Shown here piece after piece: positions 22,802-32,278 of a DNA stretch of 34,004 nucleotides. The position numbers were made by a program, and so were the translations under genes. The DNA is from a virus (lineage: Duplodnaviria > Caudoviricetes). The notes beneath the pieces were generated by a model that made no database searches, had not been told where the DNA came from, and saw only the letters and a list, made by a program, of their open reading frames with translations. Where the stretch lies: positions 1-34,004 of IMG/VR virus record IMGVR_UViG_3300046779_001672; one strand, given 5' to 3'. Each line of letters opens with the position of its first letter. The first letter of the stretch is position 1.

Positions 22802-23719
22802 ATGTCAGACTTTTCTAAATTCAAAAAGAACCGCAGTTCCTTAGAGAAACTTACTAAGGCAATTCAAGATACAGTCCAACCGCAAGAAAATTCCAAAGAA
22901 GATACACGATTCTGGCAACCTGAAGTAGATAAAGCAGGTAACGGAATGGCTATCATTCGTTTTCTTGATGCACCAGCAGTTGATGGTGATGATGGACTTC
23001 CATGGGTTAAACTATTCAATCACGGATTCCAAGGACCAGGTGGTTGGTATATCGAAAACTCACTAACTACTCTTGGTCAAAAAGATCCAGTTTCAGAGTA
23101 CAATTCTACACTTTGGAATTCTGGTATCGAAGCAAACAAAGAGATTGCACGTAAACAAAAACGCCGTCTAGTTTATATCGCAAACGTTCTCATCATTTCT
23201 GATCCAAAGAATCCAGAGAACGAAGGTCAAATCAAACTGTACAAGTTTGGTAAGAAAATCTTTGATAAGATTAACGAAGCAATGAATCCACAATTCGAGG
23301 ATGAGAAAGCAGTTAATCCATTCGACTTCTGGGAAGGTGCAAACTTTAAACTGAAGATTCGTAATGTAGAAGGTTATCGTAACTATGACAAATCAGAGTT
23401 TGAATCTCCATCAGCATTGTTTGATGGCGATGACGCAAAGATTGAATCTATTTGGAAGAAGTCATATTCTCTGAAAGATTTGATCGATCCTAAACACTTT
23501 AAATCTTATGATGTGCTTAAAGCAAAACTTGACAAAGTGTTAGGATTTGATGGTGGTAGTCCTGCTCCAAGAACAAGAGCAGAACATATTACACCTGCAA
23601 TGACAACTCTATCTCCAGACTTGGATGATGATGTTGAAGTTGTCATGAAGAAGAAGTCTCCGTCGCTAGACGAAGATGATGATTTGGATTATTTCAAATC
23701 GTTAGCAGCACAAGACTAA
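22802..23719 (+). CDS. gp32: Single-stranded DNA-binding protein gp32
   Basis: DTRFW...GNGMAIIRFL, HGFQGPGGWYIENS, YRNYDKSEF, acidic tail DDLDYF. Confidence 0.97.
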   Translation: MSDFSKFKKNRSSLEKLTKAIQDTVQPQENSKEDTRFWQPEVDKAGNGMAIIRFLDAPAVDGDDGLPWVKLFNHGFQGPGGWYIENSLTTLGQKDPVSEYNSTLWNSGIEANKEIARKQKRRLVYIANVLIISDPKNPENEGQIKLYKFGKKIFDKINEAMNPQFEDEKAVNPFDFWEGANFKLKIRNVEGYRNYDKSEFESPSALFDGDDAKIESIWKKSYSLKDLIDPKHFKSYDVLKAKLDKVLGFDGGSPAPRTRAEHITPAMTTLSPDLDDDVEVVMKKKSPSLDEDDDLDYFKSLAAQD

Positions 23720-23745
23720 AACCTCCTTTATCTTTAAGTCTTGGG

Positions 23746-23769
23746 ATCCCCGCTTCGGCGGGGATTTTT
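23746..23769 (+). terminator. Intrinsic terminator with UUCG loop
   Basis: ATCCCCGC-TTCG-GCGGGGAT-TTTT, between convergent genes. Confidence 0.9.
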
Positions 23770-23770
23770 A

Positions 23771-26269
23771 TTATGCTATTCCAGTAATACGTTCGTAAGT
23801 TTTGATGAAGTTTTGGTCAACTGTCGATGTTGTTGAACCACTAGATATTCTATTCTTTACTTCACGAAGTTCTGTAACCATCATTGCTAATAGTTCTGTT
23901 TGACTCTTACCTTGTACACTAGAATCTGCTGCAGCAGCTGCACTTAAACCAAACGCTCTGTCCATCGACTCTTTGAAATATTCTGAGAACTCTTTATTTT
24001 CTTCCCTTTTCTCTTTTTCATATTGTTCCATAATATCAACTTTCTTTGATGCATCAGCGTACATGGAAGGTGATATATTTGGTCCACCAAGTAAAGAATC
24101 TATTTCAGCAACTGAAACTGTGGCTCTGTCAACTGAGTCTGGATTCATTACTTGAGAATATGATTTACCTGGTGTATATTCTAAAGCTCTCCAAACTTTT
24201 GCTAGAGCTTGTCGTTTTTCTTCGGTAGTTTTTTTACCTTTTAATGTATCTTTTATTAAAGCGTCTGCCAATCTATCTTGTGTTTTTTCGTCAAATTTAT
24301 CACTTAAACCAACTCCAGCGAGATCCATAGTTCTTCTTAGGGTATCATAAGTAAACTGGTATCTTCCTGCAGCAAATATTCTTTTAGTAAGTTGTTCTCT
24401 CAGAACATCACCTACTGTCATTCTTGTTAATTCCAAATCTTTTACTTGAGGATATCTGTTACCAACTTTTTTGTTCGCTATATTATAGTCACCTCGAGAT
24501 TCACCTCTGGCAATTAAATCTCTAAGTTTTTCCATTGAATTTGAAGAAGAAGTATCGAATTCTCTTGTTGGAGCTCTTGATCTACTTTCTCTTTGTTCTT
24601 CATATTTTCTACTTTCTGCTATTTCAGAATCAACATCGGCTTGCTCTCGAATAGATTCTAAACTAGTTTTGCCTAATCTTTCTTTTACTTCTTTTATTCT
24701 ATTTTCATTTTCTTCAATCATCTGTTCGTTTAATGATTTATTGGCATCAAACTTCATTCCAGGAAATGCTTTTTCAAATTTTCCTCTAACACTTGTTACT
24801 ATATCACTATTCAAATGTTCTTCTATTTTTTTCTTATATCTTGCTGCAAATACATCATCTCCGTCTTTTGTTGCTTTTTGGTATGCTTTAGAAAAACCAG
24901 AAATGGTATTCATTTCTTTTATAAATTTTTCATTTGTTTGCATTTCATTTAAAACGGCAAGCTGTTCAGGATTGAAGGATCCTGCATTCGTCATTAGAAA
25001 TGCATTTACTGTTTCAGATATTCTATCTCCTAAAAGTTTTCCACCAAATGCTCCTACACCAACAGCACCCGCAAAAGATAATAATGCTCCTATTGCACTT
25101 CCAGCACCCCCACCTCTAGCGAGCATATTTCCAGCTAAAGCTGATCCAACACCAAGCATAGCCTTACCACCAAGAAATATACCTGTTAATTCTCCAACTA
25201 GGGTTACAATCATTGTTCCAAATTTTAGAAAAGCACCACGCATCTCTAACAAAGAAAGTTCACCAACATCTTTCATAACAGACACTATCGAAGTCATAAT
25301 ACTCGTTGAATAAGTAAACCATTTTGCAAACAGTCTTTCTATTCCTTCAAATGCACCTCTTGTGTTTAATCCAGTCTTTTCATCAAAATTTCCTAATGCT
25401 TTCATAACAATGTCTCTGAAGGATTCTCCTTCTTTAACATCAAAGAATGATTTGAATTTTTCTTTTAGTGTTTCATAGATGTTGTCAAAATCTAAAGTTC
25501 CTTTAATCGATTTCGACATTTGATATGTTAAGAATCCAACACCAGCTAAAGCAATTAGTCCAAACAAACCCATACCGCTAACAGCAGATGCTAGTCCTCT
25601 AAACAATCCACCTATCAATCCTCCGCCTATTCCGATTACACCAGAAAATAAAGAACCCAAAACTGAAGCAGCACCCAATAGTAATCCACCGCCAAGTTTT
25701 AATCCTGTTCCTAGAACACCAAGTACACCTTTAATTAATCCACCAGCTAAGTCAGTTGCAAAAGATGCAGCACCAAATAGTCCACCAGCAACATTACCCA
25801 ATAAAGAATTTGTTCTTGGTTGAGTTGTAGATCCGCCTTGTTTTGTTTGAGGGGTCGCTCTTTTTTGTCCTACTCTTAAATAACCACTCTCCGCTCTTGT
25901 TATTTTTCTGTTACCCCAAATAGAAACAAGTTCTTGCATGTTTCTTTTCATGATGTTCATGTCTCTAGCCATAGCAGGTAAAACAGAGGTGTTTCTGGCC
26001 ATCATCTTAATAGCAACATTCGCAACAGTTTTTTCTTTCTGTTCCTTTTTTTCTGCTACTGATTTTGGAGCTCCATACTTGTATGCACTTCCACCAATGG
26101 AACGCATAACTTGACCAAGTACACCATATTGGGGAAACATTTTTCTCAAATCAGCTCTTTCTTTCGCACGTTCTTTATAAGAAGTGGAAAGGGCTTCTGC
26201 TAAACCTTTACCCGCTTTAAGTTCTGCACGAAGTATCTCGGCTAATCTAGACTCTTTTGGTTCTGCCAT
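23771..26269 (-). CDS. Tape-measure/baseplate hub-like protein (gp29-like) with a lysozyme-like domain
   Basis: 832 aa, helical, with Gly-rich hydrophobic segments; ESRGDYN...AAGRYQF...QDRLA muramidase-like motif; follows 26/51. Confidence 0.7.
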   Translation of the reverse strand: MAEPKESRLAEILRAELKAGKGLAEALSTSYKERAKERADLRKMFPQYGVLGQVMRSIGGSAYKYGAPKSVAEKKEQKEKTVANVAIKMMARNTSVLPAMARDMNIMKRNMQELVSIWGNRKITRAESGYLRVGQKRATPQTKQGGSTTQPRTNSLLGNVAGGLFGAASFATDLAGGLIKGVLGVLGTGLKLGGGLLLGAASVLGSLFSGVIGIGGGLIGGLFRGLASAVSGMGLFGLIALAGVGFLTYQMSKSIKGTLDFDNIYETLKEKFKSFFDVKEGESFRDIVMKALGNFDEKTGLNTRGAFEGIERLFAKWFTYSTSIMTSIVSVMKDVGELSLLEMRGAFLKFGTMIVTLVGELTGIFLGGKAMLGVGSALAGNMLARGGGAGSAIGALLSFAGAVGVGAFGGKLLGDRISETVNAFLMTNAGSFNPEQLAVLNEMQTNEKFIKEMNTISGFSKAYQKATKDGDDVFAARYKKKIEEHLNSDIVTSVRGKFEKAFPGMKFDANKSLNEQMIEENENRIKEVKERLGKTSLESIREQADVDSEIAESRKYEEQRESRSRAPTREFDTSSSNSMEKLRDLIARGESRGDYNIANKKVGNRYPQVKDLELTRMTVGDVLREQLTKRIFAAGRYQFTYDTLRRTMDLAGVGLSDKFDEKTQDRLADALIKDTLKGKKTTEEKRQALAKVWRALEYTPGKSYSQVMNPDSVDRATVSVAEIDSLLGGPNISPSMYADASKKVDIMEQYEKEKREENKEFSEYFKESMDRAFGLSAAAAADSSVQGKSQTELLAMMVTELREVKNRISSGSTTSTVDQNFIKTYERITGIA

Positions 26270-26413
26270 TTATTTTCTCTTTCTATTATTTTTTTCTGCT
26301 TCCATTCTTTGTTTCTCTCTCTCGACATATTCTGCCAACATTGAGATATAAACTTCTCTTTCCCACGGTATCATATTTTCCAGTTCTGTTAAACTATATT
26401 TGTGATGTTGCAT
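26270..26413 (-). CDS. gp51: Baseplate hub assembly protein gp51-like (possibly made as a frameshift fusion to gp26)
   Basis: MQHHKYSLTELENMIPWEREVYI motif; not in the track. Confidence 0.85.
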   Translation of the reverse strand: MQHHKYSLTELENMIPWEREVYISMLAEYVEREKQRMEAEKNNRKRK

Positions 26414-26463
26414 TAACGAAAAATTGGTTTTGTAATAGTTTTCCAGACTGTCGTGAGAAAGAG

Positions 26464-27198
26464 TTACTCGAAAAAATTTTGTACACCCTCAATCACAATA
26501 TGATCTTCCATACCACATTTAGGACATTTGAAATCTAATTCTTTTTTTACTTTAGGCATAGACTCAAAGAATTTTTTAATTTCTTCTAAATGTTTCTGTT
26601 GAAGGTTGTCAATAAAATCTTCTACTTCTTGACGTTCAACATCTTTTGTATAGTACATGTTGTTTTCGTCATAAATGTATTCAATACAATTTATTAACAG
26701 ATTGAAGATAACTTCATCTTCAGTTTTGCCTTCAATATTCCTCATCATTTCAAATGTAGGATATCTAAGTTTTAAACCAACGTTATCGTTAATTTTAATA
26801 TCACTACTATGATTGTCGCCAAACTCTGGATGGATATCCAACACGTTTATTTTGTAAGTAACAAATCCATTACATGTTTTTGGTTCTTCTGGAGTGTCTC
26901 CTGGCAACTGATTATTGCAGCGATACTTGATCTCAACAACTTCATTTACCGATCTTGCTCTTAGATTTAGAAACAAAAACTCTAAGTCAAATACTGGTAA
27001 AGATTCAATATCTAACTCAGATAAAATACAATTTCTAAGAATTTGTTTAATAGATTCTATAACATCTTTTGGATCAGTTGCTTGAGATCCCATTAACAAT
27101 AACTTTTGTTCTTTTACAAGAAACGGTCTAAACTTTACAACTTGATTATTAGAAGGCAATATTGCTTCGTAAATAGGCACATCAATTTTTGGTAACAT
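26464..27198 (-). CDS. gp26: Baseplate hub subunit gp26
   Basis: MLPKI...FRPFLVKEQKLLL...FDLEFLFLNLRARSVNE...CPKCG...IEGVQNFF. Confidence 0.92.
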   Translation of the reverse strand: MLPKIDVPIYEAILPSNNQVVKFRPFLVKEQKLLLMGSQATDPKDVIESIKQILRNCILSELDIESLPVFDLEFLFLNLRARSVNEVVEIKYRCNNQLPGDTPEEPKTCNGFVTYKINVLDIHPEFGDNHSSDIKINDNVGLKLRYPTFEMMRNIEGKTEDEVIFNLLINCIEYIYDENNMYYTKDVERQEVEDFIDNLQQKHLEEIKKFFESMPKVKKELDFKCPKCGMEDHIVIEGVQNFFE

Positions 27199-27216
27199 AA
27201 AAAACTCCTTAATTAA

Positions 27217-28029
27217 TTAAAAACTTCCTCCAAGACCTGGTATTCTACTTGTAACACCACCAAGAGCATCACTAGCTGTACTACCAACGAAATCTTGTAT
27301 TCTTCCACCAACTGCTCCAATCACTGCGCTTGCAATCGCTTCAGGATCATATCTTCCTTCATAAACTGGAGTGTAACGTTGATAAGCAAAATCTACAGTT
27401 ACTTTATGGAAATTATCATCCATCCAAGATAAAGGTTGTGCTGATATTGAAACTGGGAATGCATCATACAATATTGTTGCAAATACTTGTCTTACAAAAT
27501 CGTCATACTGAAAAATTGTTATTGTTGAATAATAGTTTTCAGAGATATCTGATCCTCTAGGATATCTAAAATTATTGGTATCCTGCGGCATGATAGTTTC
27601 CATCCAATTGTCAAAAAGTTTTCTTTCGTAGAAATCATTTGTGCAAATGAAAGATAATGACATGTTTTGATATTGAACTGCAACCGGTATTTTAAATGTT
27701 GGTCCATATGTTTTCGCTTCTACTATATTAAATGATTTACCTGGTAAAGAAGCGGTGTCACATTGTAGCGCCAGCATTCTAGATATTTCTGGTTTATTGT
27801 TACGAAATTCGCTTTCTGTTCCTTTTTCTTTTAGATTTACGGTTGTATTCAAAACCATATTAGTTAAAGTTTGACCTGGATTTGTAATTGCTTCTAATAA
27901 TCCATTGGGTGATGGAATGTTTTGTCCTATGATTTTCGGAATCGTCATCATCACTTCAAAACGGTTGGCTTTGGCTGGACCACCACGTGATTTTATGTTT
28001 GCTAGAAATTGACCTGGTACGAATGGCAT
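27217..28029 (-). CDS. gp54: Tail tube initiator gp54-like
   Basis: GGPAKANRFEV, ASLPGK, FDNWM and DAFPVSI tube-fold motifs; synteny. Confidence 0.75.
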   Translation of the reverse strand: MPFVPGQFLANIKSRGGPAKANRFEVMMTIPKIIGQNIPSPNGLLEAITNPGQTLTNMVLNTTVNLKEKGTESEFRNNKPEISRMLALQCDTASLPGKSFNIVEAKTYGPTFKIPVAVQYQNMSLSFICTNDFYERKLFDNWMETIMPQDTNNFRYPRGSDISENYYSTITIFQYDDFVRQVFATILYDAFPVSISAQPLSWMDDNFHKVTVDFAYQRYTPVYEGRYDPEAIASAVIGAVGGRIQDFVGSTASDALGGVTSRIPGLGGSF

Positions 28030-28616
28030 TAGAATTTTTCCTCTGATTCTTGGAATACTTGTTGTTTAGAAGCTTTCTGAAAACTTTCTACTGGTAGTAG
28101 TGCGGCAATATCCCACTCCGATGGTTCAATTTTTAAAAACTTAGATTCAATATGATTGTAAAGATATTTCTTCAAACATGGTTTATGTTCAAACATTGCC
28201 TTGGCATTTTTTAAATAGTTGTAACTAACTTTTAATCTTGTTGTCTCGTCAAAAGATTTGTTTGTTGCAATGTCACTTAATTTGTCTAGTAATATAAGTC
28301 TTTGTCTTGGATGAATATAATGGAGATTCAAACCAAGAAATCCATCTTTATGTTCTTCTATTGGAATGACCAAAGGAAATTTATCATAGTATGGTAAAGT
28401 ATCTTTTGTTTTTGGATCATAAAAATAGAAATACATCTTTCCAATGTATGATTCTGTTCGTACATTACGCAACCTCGATCTTTCCTCCATCAGCTTATTT
28501 CTGGAAGGTTTTAAGGCTGCCATCTTATGCTGCAACCAAGTTCTGGCCAGATTAGTTCCTGGTGTCAGACCTTTTTGTGATAAGGATTGTTTTAAACGGT
28601 TGATTAAATATGCCAT
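28029..28616 (-). CDS. gp2: DNA end protector gp2
   Basis: GKMYFYFYDPKTKDTLPYYDKFPL...GLNLHY. Confidence 0.92.
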   Translation of the reverse strand: MAYLINRLKQSLSQKGLTPGTNLARTWLQHKMAALKPSRNKLMEERSRLRNVRTESYIGKMYFYFYDPKTKDTLPYYDKFPLVIPIEEHKDGFLGLNLHYIHPRQRLILLDKLSDIATNKSFDETTRLKVSYNYLKNAKAMFEHKPCLKKYLYNHIESKFLKIEPSEWDIAALLPVESFQKASKQQVFQESEEKF

Positions 28617-28619
28617 TCA

Positions 28620-29060
28620 CTATTTATCAATCATTCCCAACTCTTTTTCAGTTATGATCTGGAATTCCCATCCATGATCCTTACAGAATTCAATGGCGGC
28701 TTTCCATTTGGCTTGATTGATTAAGTATGTGGCAGACTCGGTAAGATACTTCTTTGTCTTACGTTTTTGAGTAGGTTGTACTGTTTGTTTGGCGGGTTTG
28801 ACTTCCATAACGACCGTTTTTATCTTGCCAGTCTTTGTTTTCATCTTGGCGACAAAATCTGGAAAATAACGATGACGCTTATTGTCAATCGGATTCAGAT
28901 ATGGTATAATGAGTTCTTCAGATGCCCACCAGATTATGTCTGGATGAGTATCCAAATAGACCATCACCGTTCTTTCCCATAGAGAACGGTATATAATATT
29001 TGTCGAATCTCCGTTATATTTTGCGGGATTTCGTGGTGTAAATCTTCCTTTATATGACAT
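28620..29060 (-). CDS. gp4: Head completion nuclease gp4
   Basis: YKGRFTPRNPAKY...YRSLWE...HRYFPDF...EVKP...NQAKW; TAG followed by TGA. Confidence 0.93.
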   Translation of the reverse strand: MSYKGRFTPRNPAKYNGDSTNIIYRSLWERTVMVYLDTHPDIIWWASEELIIPYLNPIDNKRHRYFPDFVAKMKTKTGKIKTVVMEVKPAKQTVQPTQKRKTKKYLTESATYLINQAKWKAAIEFCKDHGWEFQIITEKELGMIDK

Positions 29061-29065
29061 AAATA
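29058..29065 (+). promoter_or_regulatory. T4-type late promoter
   Basis: CATAAATA about 29 nt upstream of gene 48; matching GATAAATA on the minus strand at 28621-28628. Confidence 0.6.
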
Positions 29066-29093
29066 CTATCTAGTTAATTTTCAAGGAACCATA

Positions 29094-30296
29094 ATGGCAC
29101 TTTTTGGTCTAACAGACATACAAATCAAATCTCCCAATTTTAGAAAAGAAGAATTTGGAATAAATCCATACGATAAAACTAGGGATGAACAGAATTTTCG
29201 ATATCCAATGGAACTTGCAAGGTCTCCAGTTGGACACTACATGTTGTTCACAATTTATGTCCAAGAATATAATAAAAGATCGCCAGGTGTTGCAGAATCA
29301 ATAGGAGCTTTTGCAGATAGTGATGGTGGTAATGCGACAAACTATGACAGACAAGATGTTAATTTTGACACTGGATTTGTTCCGGGATCGTTTTTGGAAA
29401 GTGTAGAAAAAACCACAAAATATTTTGGTAAAGTTCTTACACAGAATTCAGCAGCTATTACTAATATATTGAATAGTGGAACTAGTAAATTATCTAAACA
29501 AACCAAACAAGAGCTTGCGGATCAATTAGTAAACTCTATTAAAAATGTTACTGAAAATTTAAATCTTGGTGATAACGCAGCTGGTCCTAGATTTCTAAAC
29601 AGAGTAAGAAAAATAAAAAACAATATTGCTCTGTATATGCCAGATACTTTACAGTTTTCTTACAATCAATCGTATAGTGAAGTTAGTACAAACTTTGGAA
29701 TGGCTCAAGCAGCTGCAAACATTATTAGTGGAGTTGTAGATGGTAAACCAGTTTTGGATACCTCAACAAAAAACTTAACTCCATTTGTATATGAAGCAAT
29801 ATCTTCTCTTGGCGACATTGGAAAAGTAAACTTCATCGCTGCAACTAATCAAGTTTTAAATCCTCAATTAGAACTAATCTACTCAAGTCCTAATTTTAGA
29901 GAGTTCAATTTTCAGTTTGCTTTTTATCCAAGAAGTAAACAAGAAGCTCAACAAGTTTTCAAGATTATTAATCTGTTCAAGTTCCATCAAGCTCCAGAAA
30001 TAAAAAGTGGAGATGCAGGTTTCTTTCTGATTCCACCATCATTATTTGATTTAGATTTTATGGTAAATGGAACAGTCAATCAGAATTTACCAAAATTATC
30101 TAGTTGCGTCTTAACTAGAATTGATGTCGATTATGCTCCAAACGGATGGACAGCATATGAGACACCAAATAGATATGATGAAGGTGTTGCTGGCGGAACA
30201 GGTACTCCTGTAGCAACAAGACTTAATCTAACGTTCAAAGAAACATTCATCCATAGTAAAACATCCCACAGACATTGGGATTATGAATCAAGATAA
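29094..30296 (+). CDS. gp48: Baseplate tail tube cap gp48
   Basis: FRYP, IALYMP, NPQLELIY..PNFREFNFQF.FYPRS, CVLTRIDVDYAP and LTFKET motifs. Confidence 0.9.
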   Translation: MALFGLTDIQIKSPNFRKEEFGINPYDKTRDEQNFRYPMELARSPVGHYMLFTIYVQEYNKRSPGVAESIGAFADSDGGNATNYDRQDVNFDTGFVPGSFLESVEKTTKYFGKVLTQNSAAITNILNSGTSKLSKQTKQELADQLVNSIKNVTENLNLGDNAAGPRFLNRVRKIKNNIALYMPDTLQFSYNQSYSEVSTNFGMAQAAANIISGVVDGKPVLDTSTKNLTPFVYEAISSLGDIGKVNFIAATNQVLNPQLELIYSSPNFREFNFQFAFYPRSKQEAQQVFKIINLFKFHQAPEIKSGDAGFFLIPPSLFDLDFMVNGTVNQNLPKLSSCVLTRIDVDYAPNGWTAYETPNRYDEGVAGGTGTPVATRLNLTFKETFIHSKTSHRHWDYESR

Positions 30297-30298
30297 AA

Positions 30299-30958
30299 AT
30301 GGCAAAATATTTTAGATACTTTCAAAAAACACCTTACTATCAACAATCGGATGCTAAGTCGGTTGATGTTGTAACAAACATAATGACTCGTTTTTCTCTG
30401 GAAGAAGAATTCAAAAACAATACCAGTGTTTACAACAAATATACTATCAGAGATGGCGAGACACCTGAAAACTTAGCTAAAAGATTTTACGGAGAACAAG
30501 AAAGACATTGGATCATTTTAATGATGAACAATATCGTAGATCCGTTTTATGATTGGCCATTAGAACAAAGAACATTTAATACTTACGTCACAAACAAATA
30601 TGCTACTAGTGAGTATGCAGATACCGCAAATACAAGTCTTTCTGGTTTAGCTTGGTCTAGACAAAACATTCATTCTTATTTCAAGTCTGTTTCAACAACA
30701 TACGATCAAAATACAAGAACACAAATATATGTAATTGATTCTGAGACATACGCAAACACTACAACAGGAAGTATTAATATACCTCCATTACAAGATGGTT
30801 CTCAGATAACAAAAGTTGTAACCAAAGGAACAAAGAGTTATTATGATTATGAACAAGAAGAAAATGAAAAGAAAAGAGAAATAAAAGTATTAAAACCAGA
30901 ATTCGCAACAACTTTGTTTGAAGAACTATTGAGATTAACAAAGCAAAGAAGATTGTAA
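30299..30958 (+). CDS. gp53: Baseplate wedge subunit gp53
   Basis: YTIRDGETPENLA..FYG...HWIIL.MNNIVDPFYDWP; ENEKKREIKVLKP. Confidence 0.92.
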   Translation: MAKYFRYFQKTPYYQQSDAKSVDVVTNIMTRFSLEEEFKNNTSVYNKYTIRDGETPENLAKRFYGEQERHWIILMMNNIVDPFYDWPLEQRTFNTYVTNKYATSEYADTANTSLSGLAWSRQNIHSYFKSVSTTYDQNTRTQIYVIDSETYANTTTGSINIPPLQDGSQITKVVTKGTKSYYDYEQEENEKKREIKVLKPEFATTLFEELLRLTKQRRL

Positions 30959-30959
30959 T

Positions 30960-32276
30960 ATGTCAATAAAACAAAGCACGCAGTTTTCGGTTAAAAAGAT
31001 AACCTTCTTTACAGACTTTTATTCTTTTGATTTAACTGGTGTTTATCAAGAAATAAATTTGTATGACAATATGTTTTTTCCCTGTATGACTGGGAATATT
31101 GTCATTGGTGATTCTGCCGGTATTGCTAGTAGTTTAATACTAAATGGTTCGGAATATATTACGTTTGTCATGTCAAAAGATGATGGTTATCTTGAATATG
31201 AAAGAACGTTTAAAGTTTATAGTGTAACAGATAGACAGTCAATTAATCAAACAAGTCAGGCTTATATAATAAACTTTATTAGTCCAGAATATATTACATC
31301 AATGCAGAAAAGATTAAACAGATCATTTTCTGGTTTAACTCACAGTGAAATGGCATTGACAATACTGGCAGACATATTGAAAGTTGGTGGAGATAGACTT
31401 GCTCCTTTCTCTGAAACAAAAGGAGAAAAGACTGAGATTATACCAAATTTACGTCCATTAGATGCAATTAATTGGTTGACAAAAAGAAGTGTTGATAAAA
31501 ATTTTTTACCGAATTTAGTTTTCTTTGAAAACGTTGTTGGATACAATTTTGTATCTTTATCTGATATAACTTCTTTTCCCGTACTTGCAACATTTAATGA
31601 ACAACCAAAAAACTTAAATGATGACAATTTTCCAACTGCTGAAAGTATGAGTTCTGAGATACTTGGTTTGAGAGAGTTTAGAGTAGATTCTCAGTTCAAT
31701 ATTATAGACAATATTGACGCAGGAGTTTATGCAGGAACATTTTTAGGATTTGATCTTGTAACAAAGTCTTTTGCAAAAAGAGAAGTTGACTTTCTTGATA
31801 CGTATGGAAAAGGACCAGTAGGTCAACATGGTAACCCAAATCTTCCACTTATCAGAGACAACAAAAATAATTATCTGATACAGAATTTTAACACAAGAAA
31901 AGTATTATATCCAGCAGAATTGGAGCGATCAAATAGCAAATACATAATTGCTAGAACAGGAAAAACCGCAGAAGAAAATACTGCATCAAGATTTAATTCT
32001 GAAGAAACAATACTACAAAGAAAATCAATATTCAAGAATTTTCTGACTAAGAAAGTTAGTGGAGTTGTTCCTGGTAATTTTGGTGTTACTTCTGGATTTA
32101 ACATTAATATAAAAACACAAGATAGAAATGTAGTTGAGAATCAAGACAATATTGATCCAACGACTTATGGTAAATACACAATCATATCTGCAAGACATAT
32201 TATAGGATATGATAGACATGAAACTGTTTTTGAAGCTGTAACTGATTCTTTAGTATCGTCTAATTTGGAAAAATAA
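30960..32276 (+). CDS. Baseplate hub protein (gp27-like)
   Basis: Between genes 53 and 5; FFEN..GYNFVS, VPGN and GKY.I...RH motifs. Confidence 0.7.
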   Translation: MSIKQSTQFSVKKITFFTDFYSFDLTGVYQEINLYDNMFFPCMTGNIVIGDSAGIASSLILNGSEYITFVMSKDDGYLEYERTFKVYSVTDRQSINQTSQAYIINFISPEYITSMQKRLNRSFSGLTHSEMALTILADILKVGGDRLAPFSETKGEKTEIIPNLRPLDAINWLTKRSVDKNFLPNLVFFENVVGYNFVSLSDITSFPVLATFNEQPKNLNDDNFPTAESMSSEILGLREFRVDSQFNIIDNIDAGVYAGTFLGFDLVTKSFAKREVDFLDTYGKGPVGQHGNPNLPLIRDNKNNYLIQNFNTRKVLYPAELERSNSKYIIARTGKTAEENTASRFNSEETILQRKSIFKNFLTKKVSGVVPGNFGVTSGFNINIKTQDRNVVENQDNIDPTTYGKYTIISARHIIGYDRHETVFEAVTDSLVSSNLEK

Positions 32277-32278
32277 TA

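Noticed and set aside
24669-25313. 214-aa plus-strand ORF
   Set aside because: Antisense shadow of the 832-aa gene, with the Phe/Ser/Pro bias typical of shadows.
28620-29060. TnsA transposase / mobile element
   Set aside because: gp4 shares the TnsA-like nuclease fold, and its position next to gene 2 identifies it as the head completion protein.
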